Shown: positions 10,680 to 21,000 of the stretch, piece by piece
Position numbering within the stretch: position 1 is the stretch's first letter
How the letters are laid out: each line of letters begins with the position of its first letter
NCBI GenBank assembly: GCA_964430885.1
Contig: CAYSHM010000006.1
Location: 1 to 64,000, forward strand
Length of the DNA stretch: 64,000 bases
Reading direction: 5' to 3'
DNA from: an uncultured archaeon
GTDB taxonomy: Archaea; Thermoplasmatota; Penumbrarchaeia; JASLWR01
Made by a program: the position numbers and the translations under genes
Notes under the pieces: model-generated
Told to the model about the DNA's origin: nothing
Seen by the model: only the letters and a program-made list of their open reading frames with translations
Database searches by the model: none

Positions 10680-11456
10680 ATGCCTATCCTTATGTTGCTG
10701 GTTTTGCAATTAATATTGATTGCATCTACTTCTGTTACCTCATCGGATACGGATATCCCGGATTCTGATTTTTATCTTATAGGGAGGGCCGGTGAACCAA
10801 AAGGGCTTGGAAATTATGTTCCTGATTATAATCAGACACATTGGGCTTCATTGAAGCAGAGTGAAAAACTGGAGTTCACTATAAACCTGCTTTCAAAAAA
10901 ATATATCAAAGAGGATGAGTTTCGGCTTCGTCTGAGCATCAATTCCCTTAAAAACGCAGGCAAGGAAGTAAACACCATGATTCTGATGGATTTCAACAAC
11001 GATGGAAGAACTGATGTAAATATCACATTTCCCCAATATGTTACAAAGATGAAATTCGCCGAAGAGAATTTCACTTTTGCTCCTATAGATATTTCCGGTA
11101 CCTTAAAGGATGTTTCCGGTTTGAACAAGGATAACGGCAATAACCCGCCGGGAGCCAATTTGACCGTGCGTATCTGGAGAACGGACAGCATTGAGGATGT
11201 GATGTATATCTACTGCGGAGCCTACAACCGTACATCAAAGGTGGTCATCCCTTACAAACCAGCCACTGAAGGGAACGGCGGATCGGAGGATGACGGGAGC
11301 ATCAATCCGGTGATCCAGGCATTGGTTATTGCCGTAGTGGTTCTTTTTGTGATATATTTACTTCTTCGGGGTTCCCGAAAGAGTTCTACCGTAAAATATG
11401 GTAAGGGTAAAACTAACAAGGATCTGAAGGGAAGGAGGTCAAAAAAAAGACCATAA
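10680..11456 (+). CDS. Secreted protein with C-terminal membrane anchor
   Basis: Hydrophobic N-terminus, beta-rich body, C-terminal TM followed by a Lys/Arg-rich tail. Confidence 0.65.
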   Translation: MPILMLLVLQLILIASTSVTSSDTDIPDSDFYLIGRAGEPKGLGNYVPDYNQTHWASLKQSEKLEFTINLLSKKYIKEDEFRLRLSINSLKNAGKEVNTMILMDFNNDGRTDVNITFPQYVTKMKFAEENFTFAPIDISGTLKDVSGLNKDNGNNPPGANLTVRIWRTDSIEDVMYIYCGAYNRTSKVVIPYKPATEGNGGSEDDGSINPVIQALVIAVVVLFVIYLLLRGSRKSSTVKYGKGKTNKDLKGRRSKKRP

Positions 11457-11779
11457 TAGAATTATTATCGTTCAATTCTGTAATTATCTTAATATAATAA
11501 AATTTATTCAGATTTCTCCGCCATTTTCTCTGCATTATTATTCTTGTAAAGGGGACACAGTCATATAGATTTATTTTCATTTTGATATGATGTGCTAATC
11601 AGAAGGTCCTTCAGGGGTTTTGGATGGTCTAAAAGGCGGACAACTTACTTCTAATATTCAATAGGAAAAATGGATTAATATTAAATATAAAATGCGGTAT
11701 AGTGTTGGGCTCAAATACAGGTATTTAAATTAGAATTTAGGGCACAATGAATACTCTTCATTAGGTGGGAGAGATACTA

Positions 11780-14700
11780 ATGGTAAAGGAAAATATTAAA
11801 AGTAAAGGTCTATCTATATCAGGTAGAGGCGGCGAAGACAAAGACAACATTAGCGTGTCCACCCGGTTCAAAAAATATTTTGGCTTTGGAGATTATGAAG
11901 GAGCGAATACTTGGTTGGCGAGGAATTGGTGGATCCTTCTAACGCTGGGGGGCATATTTCTACTAGGTTTGCTCATGAGGGCTTATTTCTATTATCCTTT
12001 GGCCAATGAGCTTGGCTTCTCAGGGAACGATCCCTATTATCACCAGCGAGTGATTGAACATATCCAGCAGCACCATACCCACCTTATAGAAGATGATCTT
12101 CTAAACTATCCTCTTTTCGCTACAAATCCGCGCCCTCCTTTCTTTGACTGGAGCGTAGCAATAATGGGAATATTCCTTGCCCCCTTTTTCGGATTCAATG
12201 TGGCTACTAGCACTGAGAGCCTGATGTATATTTCACCATCCCTCTGGGGTGCTCTCACGGTTATACCGGTTTACATGATCGGAAAAGAGATGTTTGGAAA
12301 GAAGGCCGGCCTTTTGGGTGCTTTCATCATGGCCACAATGCCCTCTCACATAGAGAGGTCGCCAGCAGGTTTCTCAGATCACGATTCTATCGTGGTTTTC
12401 TTTGTGGTATTATCCATTTTCTTCCTGTTCAGGGCTTTTAAAACCCTTGATCACCGAACTTGGGTAAAGGATTGGATGAATACCAACTCCATTTATGAAG
12501 GGATCACCGATTTCTTTTCAGCCAACCAGGTGGCAGTGTTTTATTCACTGCTTGCAGGAGTGAGTCTTTCCACAATAGCACTGACCTGGAAAGGTTTTCC
12601 CTATGCATTGGCAATAGTTTTCATCTATTTCCTGTTCCAGGTGACTTTTGACCGGTTCAGGAATGTTGATTCCACAGGAATATTTATCTGCATATTTCTG
12701 GCATTCTTCACAACACTTGTGGTATCCTATCCTTATTATATGAATCTGAGCTTCTCCACATGGATCACACCGCTTTATCTGTTATTATCCATAGTGATCA
12801 TAGGTTCCTTCCTGATATTCACTCAGAAATATCCATGGATCCTAGTGATCCCCCTGGGTGTGGTGGTGGCCATTGTTGGCTATCTCATTCTCAGTCTGAT
12901 AGCCCCCAATGTTGCCCAGGCCTTGGCAACTGGCCAGGGTTATTTCATTAAGTCAAAATTGTATTCAACGATCGCAGAGGCTCAGCCTCCCCAGTTCTCA
13001 AGACTGGCCGTGGCCTATTCGATATTCGTTTTCTTCTTTGCTCTTATTGGTATTGTGAGAGCAGCCATTCAGGTTCCGAAACACTGGAAGAAGGAGAATG
13101 TTTTCATTGTTGTTTGGGCAATTGTTGCCGTATACATGGCCATGTCTGCGGTCCGTTTCATGTTCAATGCAACACCGGTCATAGCTATCACTGCCGGATG
13201 GATATTGTATGAACTGGTGAAGAAGCTCAACGTCAAGAGCAAAATATTGATATTCTACATAATGGTCACTTTGGGATCATTGATAATCCTGGCATGGTGG
13301 GGAGTTGAGAACGACTTCTCATTGGGTTATCCCTGGATGATCTTCATAGGATTCTTAGCCCTTGTGGTGGTTCCGATTCTGATCGCAGTATACGATAATT
13401 ATGATAAATCAAAGACCAGTACCTATATTGTGGTGATACTGGGCGTATGGACATTGGCCAGCCTGGTAATGTTCATGATGGATGATAAGCTCAGCTGGAG
13501 CAATATCGGAGATGTCCTGGTGGACAATCTCAGTATTTGGTATTTCGGTCTGGCAGCCCTTTTGATTACTTTGGTCCCCATCATAATTCTGTTCTCAAAG
13601 AAGAGTTATGCCATCACTCATTTTCTCTCCATTGGATCAATAACCTTAATCCTCATGGGGCTGCGTAATTACGGTTTCTTTCAGGATTTCGTAGCGTCCA
13701 AGACATCTGAGATGCTGTTCGGTTTCTGCATACTTCCTTTGCTTGTTCTCGTTTTCAATCTCTATTTCCTTTATATGGATGAGAACTATATGAAGGACAG
13801 TGCCAGGAAGGTATTGATCATAGCTATGGAACTGTGGTTCCTGTCATTCTTCTTCAATCCGAATATCTATTTCGGAATAGTTTGCGCCATATTGATACTG
13901 GTCAACATCTATCTGTTGACCCCTTACAGAAAATCCTTCAAGCACAAGACAACACCCATGCATGTGCTGATAACTCTGTTTGCCACATTCTTCATACTTC
14001 TACCTCAGATGTGGTTTGCTATTGATGCTTCCCTGCCCTATGAGGATAAATGGGATATGAACCAGAACATGTATGATGCCATACCGGATATCATTGAGAG
14101 CGATAAAGCAGATGCAAATAAATATTTTGGAGCCTTCGGTCACGGTTTCACATCGGAATATTGGAGGGCGGCCTTCGATTGGCTAAGCGAGCAGGATAAT
14201 GACAAGATACCTTCGGAACGTCCGGCTTTTGTCAGCTGGTGGGATTACGGTTTCTGGTGTGCCTATATGGGTCAGCATCCCACTGCTGCGGATAACTTCC
14301 AGTACGGTTATCAGTTTGCGGGAAGTTTTATTTCATCCCAGAATGAGACTGAGGCAGTCAGTTTGATGATAGCCCGTCTCATCGAAGGTAATTACCTGAA
14401 TAATAAGCTTAAAAATGACATTAAGGACCTTTTTACTGATGATAAATATCTGGGCAGTGAGGAAAAGTACATCAGCATCATCTCCGGAAAGAAGCTGAAC
14501 GCAGCCGAAAAGGTCTGGGAGATAATGAACCACGGTGAGGATTATGTTGATATTATCAAGGATAATCCTGACCGATACGGAAAATATCTGGAACTTCTGC
14601 CGACCAATGCAAAATATGCAGCGGTCCGTGGAGTTCTCATGAATGTGGACCTTGAGACTCAGGTATCTCTTCTGAAGGACCTTGAGGATATGGTAAATAA

Positions 14701-17700
14701 AAATATCAGATATTTTGCTGTGGATTCAAGATTGTTCCCCTTTACAGCTCAGAATACCGGTATCTTCTATGCACCCATCAAATTGGCTGACAAGGATATA
14801 GATGAATTTCTTGAATATGTCGTGGAAACAACAGAAGGTGAGATGTCCATGGAAGAAGTTGAGGATAGGGTGGAGGAAGACCCGGATTTCCGTGAACAGA
14901 TCATAGATTACAAGCTAAAATATACGGACAACTTCTACAATTCGCTGTTTTACAGATGTTATATCGGTTACAGCGGAAAGGATCTAGGGAAGGGTGATCT
15001 GGGCGTACCTGCAATAGCACCTGAAGGGGAATTTGCTTCAGGTGGAAGCAGTTTCTATCCCATGCAGGGTTGGAACATGACCCATTTCAGATTGGTTTAC
15101 AAGACTATGTACTATACACCCAAATCGAGCAACAATGCTTCCTTCCCCGAGGATTATACTGCAATGAACTTTGATGAAGCTCAGGAACTTTATGAGGACC
15201 AGGGTGGTTATAGGATTTCCGGTTTGAAGAGCGGAGCATTTTTCCTGGAATACTATCCAGGGGCTGAAATGAGGGGTAGGGTATTGACAGAAGGTGATGA
15301 GCGGCAGCCTATGCCCGGAGTTAGAGTGGTGGTCTATGATGAGTATGGGATCCCCCATGACATGTCAATTACAGATGATGATGGTAATTATGAACTGATA
15401 TTACCTCCCGGAGAGAATACCATTGTGACCTCTACAGGAGGTTTTGGTGAGGAGGATACCGAACTTCAGGCCAGACTGATGATGCAGGAGACAACTGTTC
15501 TGAATCAGACCATCCTGACCGTTACCAAGGACCAATCTAACAGGATAACCGACCATATTATCAATAGGGACCTTATCATCAAGAAGGGTACCGTTGACGG
15601 AAAATTGTTCATCGATAACAATAACAACGGGGAGTACGACCGTCTTCAGGATGAAATCCTTAACGAAGGGATGGTTAAGATAGTCCAGGGCAAGAACAAA
15701 GATATTTTCTACGAGGAAGAGGTGGAGGATGAACTATACAATTTTACCACTGTCCTTCCAGGTGAATATGCTTTTACCGTGGGACTATACGGCCATGATG
15801 TTGAGATAGATGATAAACTCGCGGTGACCCCCAAGGCCAATGAAGAATTAAATATCTACACCAAGGACATAGGTATTGCACCAGCGAACCTATCGGGGCA
15901 GCTTACATTCAACAATGGCAGTAATGCCACTGAAATAATGGTGGTTCTTAAAGACACCCAGAACGGAACTGTTTATCAGTATGTGACCAATTCAACAGGT
16001 CATTATTATTTCGATGAGCTGCTGCCGGGTGATTTCGAACTGACAATCGAACAGTCACCATATGAAAAGGTGGACCGCACCGTGAAAATTGCCATGGGCG
16101 AGAAGAATTACCAGAACATCACACTTGTCCAGGTGGCCCCTGTTTCAGGCAGGGTATTTTTTGACAGTCTGGGCAACGGTTATGATATTGATGATTCAAT
16201 CGGCAACGCCCGGATTCGGTTCATACCTGATGACAGTGAAAAGAACATAACAATTGCTGTTAGCGGTTCGGATGGAAGATATGTCACCAACCTTTCATTG
16301 GGCCACTATACTATATATGTGGATTATGTGAATGGCGGACAGCATTATACATATCTCGGTGATATTGAGTGTATTGAGGGTGTGGAGAAGTTATGGGATA
16401 TTGAACTCTCACTTTCTTTCAGGGTTGAAGGTGAAGTTTCCTTTGGAAGTGATATTTGGCCCAAGGATAACTTCGACATCAACAACACAGAGGTTTCCAT
16501 CAGAAAAGAGTTTCTAACCATGAAACTTCCAGTTAATCTCTCAGGATATTATTCGACCTATTTACCTGTGGATGATTACTATATAACAGCATATCTGATT
16601 GAAGACGAATATACTGCAGGAATTGCAGGATCCTATATTGTTGGAGATGTAGATCAGGAAAGAACCCTTGATCTGGAGTGCGAAAAGGCCTTCAGTACCT
16701 CCGGTTGTATTTACTGGGATCGGGACGGCGACGGGAAGCTTACAATGGGCAACTCGTCCTTGGACGTTCAGGGTATCGTATTGGATATGGAGAACAACTA
16801 TCCTTACTTCGAGGATCCTTTAGCAGGCAGTGTGACAACTGATCCAAGCGGGACAACCACCACGGAAACTGTTCCAACCCAAACAACAGGAACCAGAGCC
16901 GACACCCGTCAGGAAGAGGATGGATCTCCTGAAGTGGACATATTTGAAAATCCCATAAATGGAACTGAGAATGAAACCCATGATTACGACCTCTATGAAA
17001 ATGTGACCGATGTCGTACTTGAATTTACCAAGGGAAACATGGTGTATCGAATAGTGACCAACGATACGGGTTTCTTCACAACATATCTGCCTAAGGGCGT
17101 ATATACCGTTGAAGTAAATTCTGTAGAATTGGATAATCTAAAAGCCACAATCAAGATAGGCGAGGATGAAGTGAACACTTTCACTCCTGAGATTTCCCCG
17201 AAAGAGACCGAATGCAGGATTAATATGGGAGTGGATAGGAACAATGATGATATTATTTCCCCTAATGAGCTTGTAGGCCGATATACCCTTTGGTTTAACG
17301 CGACCACTCCAGGAGCCCACAGCAAGCGTGTGGATTATATTGGTGGGGACACTACTATAGCATTATTGCCTGGGGTTTATGATATATCATACTCAAAGGA
17401 TTTCACGGACAATGGCATCGATGTAAGACACAGATTGGAAACAAATCTCTCTTTAAAAGTGGGGGAACTGGAAAAGATAGTGGACCTTTTTGTTCAGGAA
17501 ACTGTAAGGTTCAGGGGTAAGTCAGTGACTGAATTCGGCGAACCGGCGGATAATTCCACATTGAGTCTGGAATCCATTCTGGAAGGTAATGTACTTGAAG
17601 TTGTGTGCAACGAATTCGGTTATTTTGATATGTTTGTCCCCATTGGTAATTATTTCATCAATTCTAAATATACCACCGATTCTGGAGTTTACATACTGCG

Positions 17701-20023
17701 TAGATCTTTAGCTATCACATCCCTTGAAAAGGCCCCTACACTGATTTTCACAAAGGCCTATCCTTTGAACGTAACACTGTATTTTGATAAGAACGATGAT
17801 GGGAAATATCAGAGCACTGAGAAGCTCATGGACATACCCTTGACAATAACCGGAGATATAACCACTACCCATCATACAAATTACCAGGGTTTGGTATCAA
17901 CATCCCTGCTGCCTGATAAGGAATACTATATAAGCGTTCATCATACTTCGGCGGACTCAACTTACCGCCATATTGCCGAAACTACCATCATCAAAGAAAA
18001 ACAGGCCCAGGATATAAGAATTTCAGTGAGCAAGTATATCCAAGCTTCAGGCAAGGTTTATTGGGACCGGGACCTGAACAAGGTTTTCTCAACTGATGAA
18101 AAGATCATCGATGGAACCATTGAATTCATCAAGTCGGATTCCACCACGGCTGGGGAATATACCTTCCTTACTGGAAATGATGGCAAATGGTCGGGATATC
18201 TGCCGATCTTTCATAATAATACCCAGGAATTTGATGTGGTAATATCGGCACCGGGTTTTAAAGATGAACACGTGGAAAAAATGATCAAACCTTCTTCCAA
18301 AACCCTTGATGTGAGGATGGATCCCTTACCTGTTCTTTATACTGGCATGATTTTTGAGGACCTCAATAACAGCAACACTAAGGAAATCACTGAAGATATT
18401 CTTGCAGAGGTCGAACTTTCATTCATATCGATCTCAAAGACCGCCCTGAACGTTTCGGTCACCACCGATTCAAAGGGCCGATACAGCGTGCTAGTGTTCC
18501 CTGGCGAATATATGGTCAAATCCCTTGTAAAGGGCAGTCAGGTGTTCATCAGCGAGTTTAATGAAGAGGTAGTTCTTCTAGAGGATAAAAAGTTGGACAT
18601 CCCCCTGAAATTGGGCAAATATGTATTTGGAAGTGTTTCGTACATAGACACGAATGGCAATGAGCACAAAGATATTGATTCCCGGGAAAACGGTATTATT
18701 ATCAAGGGTCAGGATAACAATGTTGAGCGGGATCTGGAATTCAGCGATGGATTCTATGATACTTATCTTCCATATGGTTCATACTCTATTGAGATGAAAG
18801 GATATGATGCCGAGGAATATGAAAAGACCATGACCTATGAATTACCTAGGGATACCATCGTAATCAATGATTTCTATGATTTCTACAATCTGGATCTCGT
18901 CAAGGACGAGAAGAAGACCCTGGAATTGACCATCGTGGATCAAGTTGAAGAAATTACCTTCAATAGAACAATTAACCAAGGTGCCTCTGTTGAACTTGAA
19001 GTTATTGTAAAGAACAAGGGAAACATTCCCATGAACATAACTCTATCCGGAAATGAACTTCCGGAAGGATGGTCATTGGATATTGTGGACCGAAAGGCCG
19101 ATCTATGGTTGGATGAAGAGATGAGAACAAAGGTCACGGTCACTACATCTTTCGACGCCCTCAATACCAATGAGATAGAGATAGGAGCCGAATCAACTGC
19201 TGGATCAAAGGATGATGTTACACTGAAGATCAATACTCATCCTAAATACGAGGCCGAAGTATATACCGAAGATAAACTCGATAGGGGTTTCCTACAGAAC
19301 GGATCAAAGAATTTCAATATGACAATTAAGAATCTCGGAAATGCGGGGGATGATTTACTCTTTTATCTGGAAAAGAAAACCTCCGACCTCTGGAACATCT
19401 CTATCCAGAATGAAGAGCTGAATTCAACAGGTTATGCCTTTCACTATTCTCAAAAGGACATTTACAAGAATGTTACCATCAAGGTTGAAGCACCCAATTC
19501 TACATCAGACAACTGCAGATTTGTTATTGGTGTAAAGGGCAGGGGAGTTAACCAGAGATTATCTATCAACGGTACAATAACCAAACCTGACATTTCTATA
19601 AAGAATGTTGAGTTCAAGAATTTGGATCTTTTAGACAAGGATAGGAATGTCACTATGTATGTGACCCTTCATGCTTCTCAGGCAGATGTCGGAAAATTCA
19701 ACTTCACAGTTAAACTTGATGGTGAGAAGATCACTGAACTGTCTGAAACCATAGATAGCATTGAACAGGATGCTGATTACACAATGGTATTCGATTGGAA
19801 TCTTTCGGATGAAGTGGGAAAACACAAACTTGAGCTTGAAGTTGATCCAGAGGATCAGATAATGGAATCTGATGATACTGTGAACAATATCTGGGTGGAT
19901 GACGGATTCAAGGTTGGCACTGATGACGATGATTTCAATTGGAGAATAGTTATCGCTGTTGTGGTGGTATTGATCATAGTAATAGTGTCCTATGTGATTT
20001 GGAGGAAGAAACAGGTAGTATAA
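11780..20023 (+). CDS. aglB: Giant oligosaccharyltransferase AglB (STT3 family) fused to carboxypeptidase-regulatory/SdrD-B-like, Ig-like and CARDB domains, with a C-terminal TM
   Basis: GNDPYYH, FSDHD, STIAEAQ, SWWDYG and ADNFQ STT3 motifs; ~1600 aa of repeated G.VY.D.D.DG beta-sandwich modules; LEVDPEDQIMESD…NN CARDB motif. Confidence 0.9.
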   Translation: MVKENIKSKGLSISGRGGEDKDNISVSTRFKKYFGFGDYEGANTWLARNWWILLTLGGIFLLGLLMRAYFYYPLANELGFSGNDPYYHQRVIEHIQQHHTHLIEDDLLNYPLFATNPRPPFFDWSVAIMGIFLAPFFGFNVATSTESLMYISPSLWGALTVIPVYMIGKEMFGKKAGLLGAFIMATMPSHIERSPAGFSDHDSIVVFFVVLSIFFLFRAFKTLDHRTWVKDWMNTNSIYEGITDFFSANQVAVFYSLLAGVSLSTIALTWKGFPYALAIVFIYFLFQVTFDRFRNVDSTGIFICIFLAFFTTLVVSYPYYMNLSFSTWITPLYLLLSIVIIGSFLIFTQKYPWILVIPLGVVVAIVGYLILSLIAPNVAQALATGQGYFIKSKLYSTIAEAQPPQFSRLAVAYSIFVFFFALIGIVRAAIQVPKHWKKENVFIVVWAIVAVYMAMSAVRFMFNATPVIAITAGWILYELVKKLNVKSKILIFYIMVTLGSLIILAWWGVENDFSLGYPWMIFIGFLALVVVPILIAVYDNYDKSKTSTYIVVILGVWTLASLVMFMMDDKLSWSNIGDVLVDNLSIWYFGLAALLITLVPIIILFSKKSYAITHFLSIGSITLILMGLRNYGFFQDFVASKTSEMLFGFCILPLLVLVFNLYFLYMDENYMKDSARKVLIIAMELWFLSFFFNPNIYFGIVCAILILVNIYLLTPYRKSFKHKTTPMHVLITLFATFFILLPQMWFAIDASLPYEDKWDMNQNMYDAIPDIIESDKADANKYFGAFGHGFTSEYWRAAFDWLSEQDNDKIPSERPAFVSWWDYGFWCAYMGQHPTAADNFQYGYQFAGSFISSQNETEAVSLMIARLIEGNYLNNKLKNDIKDLFTDDKYLGSEEKYISIISGKKLNAAEKVWEIMNHGEDYVDIIKDNPDRYGKYLELLPTNAKYAAVRGVLMNVDLETQVSLLKDLEDMVNKNIRYFAVDSRLFPFTAQNTGIFYAPIKLADKDIDEFLEYVVETTEGEMSMEEVEDRVEEDPDFREQIIDYKLKYTDNFYNSLFYRCYIGYSGKDLGKGDLGVPAIAPEGEFASGGSSFYPMQGWNMTHFRLVYKTMYYTPKSSNNASFPEDYTAMNFDEAQELYEDQGGYRISGLKSGAFFLEYYPGAEMRGRVLTEGDERQPMPGVRVVVYDEYGIPHDMSITDDDGNYELILPPGENTIVTSTGGFGEEDTELQARLMMQETTVLNQTILTVTKDQSNRITDHIINRDLIIKKGTVDGKLFIDNNNNGEYDRLQDEILNEGMVKIVQGKNKDIFYEEEVEDELYNFTTVLPGEYAFTVGLYGHDVEIDDKLAVTPKANEELNIYTKDIGIAPANLSGQLTFNNGSNATEIMVVLKDTQNGTVYQYVTNSTGHYYFDELLPGDFELTIEQSPYEKVDRTVKIAMGEKNYQNITLVQVAPVSGRVFFDSLGNGYDIDDSIGNARIRFIPDDSEKNITIAVSGSDGRYVTNLSLGHYTIYVDYVNGGQHYTYLGDIECIEGVEKLWDIELSLSFRVEGEVSFGSDIWPKDNFDINNTEVSIRKEFLTMKLPVNLSGYYSTYLPVDDYYITAYLIEDEYTAGIAGSYIVGDVDQERTLDLECEKAFSTSGCIYWDRDGDGKLTMGNSSLDVQGIVLDMENNYPYFEDPLAGSVTTDPSGTTTTETVPTQTTGTRADTRQEEDGSPEVDIFENPINGTENETHDYDLYENVTDVVLEFTKGNMVYRIVTNDTGFFTTYLPKGVYTVEVNSVELDNLKATIKIGEDEVNTFTPEISPKETECRINMGVDRNNDDIISPNELVGRYTLWFNATTPGAHSKRVDYIGGDTTIALLPGVYDISYSKDFTDNGIDVRHRLETNLSLKVGELEKIVDLFVQETVRFRGKSVTEFGEPADNSTLSLESILEGNVLEVVCNEFGYFDMFVPIGNYFINSKYTTDSGVYILRRSLAITSLEKAPTLIFTKAYPLNVTLYFDKNDDGKYQSTEKLMDIPLTITGDITTTHHTNYQGLVSTSLLPDKEYYISVHHTSADSTYRHIAETTIIKEKQAQDIRISVSKYIQASGKVYWDRDLNKVFSTDEKIIDGTIEFIKSDSTTAGEYTFLTGNDGKWSGYLPIFHNNTQEFDVVISAPGFKDEHVEKMIKPSSKTLDVRMDPLPVLYTGMIFEDLNNSNTKEITEDILAEVELSFISISKTALNVSVTTDSKGRYSVLVFPGEYMVKSLVKGSQVFISEFNEEVVLLEDKKLDIPLKLGKYVFGSVSYIDTNGNEHKDIDSRENGIIIKGQDNNVERDLEFSDGFYDTYLPYGSYSIEMKGYDAEEYEKTMTYELPRDTIVINDFYDFYNLDLVKDEKKTLELTIVDQVEEITFNRTINQGASVELEVIVKNKGNIPMNITLSGNELPEGWSLDIVDRKADLWLDEEMRTKVTVTTSFDALNTNEIEIGAESTAGSKDDVTLKINTHPKYEAEVYTEDKLDRGFLQNGSKNFNMTIKNLGNAGDDLLFYLEKKTSDLWNISIQNEELNSTGYAFHYSQKDIYKNVTIKVEAPNSTSDNCRFVIGVKGRGVNQRLSINGTITKPDISIKNVEFKNLDLLDKDRNVTMYVTLHASQADVGKFNFTVKLDGEKITELSETIDSIEQDADYTMVFDWNLSDEVGKHKLELEVDPEDQIMESDDTVNNIWVDDGFKVGTDDDDFNWRIVIAVVVVLIIVIVSYVIWRKKQVV

Positions 20024-20089
20024 TGAATTCATCAGCCGATGGTGAAAGATAAATACCATTAGTCCATTATCTAATAATGAGGTAATCCA

Positions 20090-20338
20090 ATGAGATATTA
20101 TTTACCAAAATACCAAATACCCTCGAATTTGATCATAATCGGAGGACTCATGTGCATCGCTGCCAGTTTGGAATTCGCTGAAAACTATGTGAAGAACCTT
20201 TTCTGGTTCGGTGCATTATGTATTTTCATAGGGATTTTGGGTTGGATATGGGTTCAGGTGAAGGCTACATTGGCCCGGAACAGGAACCGAGGTTCAGGCG
20301 GAAAATCCTCATCCGGCTACAAGGGCCGTTTCAGGTAG
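20090..20338 (+). CDS. Small membrane protein (2 TM, basic C-tail)
   Basis: GAGGT SD-like element upstream, two hydrophobic helices. Confidence 0.6.
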   Translation: MRYYLPKYQIPSNLIIIGGLMCIAASLEFAENYVKNLFWFGALCIFIGILGWIWVQVKATLARNRNRGSGGKSSSGYKGRFR

Positions 20339-20553
20339 TAGACTACAGTTCGAGTGGTATGATATCATTTATTGTTTTCATTTGTAGTCTATACCTTGTA
20401 TTTTCGGGAATAATTCAGGAATAGAATGGAAATTCAGTCAAAGAGAGGATAAATCAAATATAGGAAGAAGCTATTTTCCAGATTCACTCTAATCAGGTTT
20501 GAAAATTAGAGCGGAGTCAAATCCGAATTCCAAAAAAATGAAAGGTGAAAAAT

Positions 20554-20700
20554 ATGGTACAAGGAAGATGTATGAAATGTAAGGAAATGGTAGACATTGC
20601 CGACGGAAAGGAAGTAGTAGCAAAGAACAATACAAAGATGCACAGAGGCAAGTGCCCCTCTTGCGGAACAACAGTCGTCAGGATCTTGGGAAGAGCCTAA
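20554..20700 (+). CDS. DUF5679-like zinc-ribbon protein, 48 aa (not in the ORF track)
   Basis: MVQGRCMKCKEMVDIADGKEVVAKNNTKMHRGKCPSCGTTVVRILGRA*: two CxxC pairs; GGTGA SD-like motif at 20544-20548. Confidence 0.8.
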   Translation: MVQGRCMKCKEMVDIADGKEVVAKNNTKMHRGKCPSCGTTVVRILGRA

Positions 20701-21000
20701 AAGCAGTTCTTTATTATTCTATTTCCAAAAAATTATATCCCGCATGACCTACTAGTATCTACATTGAATATCTAAATATATTCTTGGAAGGTACCGGACT
20801 ACTATTGTTCAGTACCTACTCTTTTTTTTAATTATGAAATTTTCATTTTTCAATGTGTTATCACTCTTTTTCTTCCATCACTCCAATGGGATTTCATTTA
20901 TAGGATTTAATACTTGGAAACCAAAAAATATATTAGTAAGTTTTGTATTCTAATCTCTGACTTTATCAGCCGATAAAAAATTTTTTATGGAGGATTTTTT

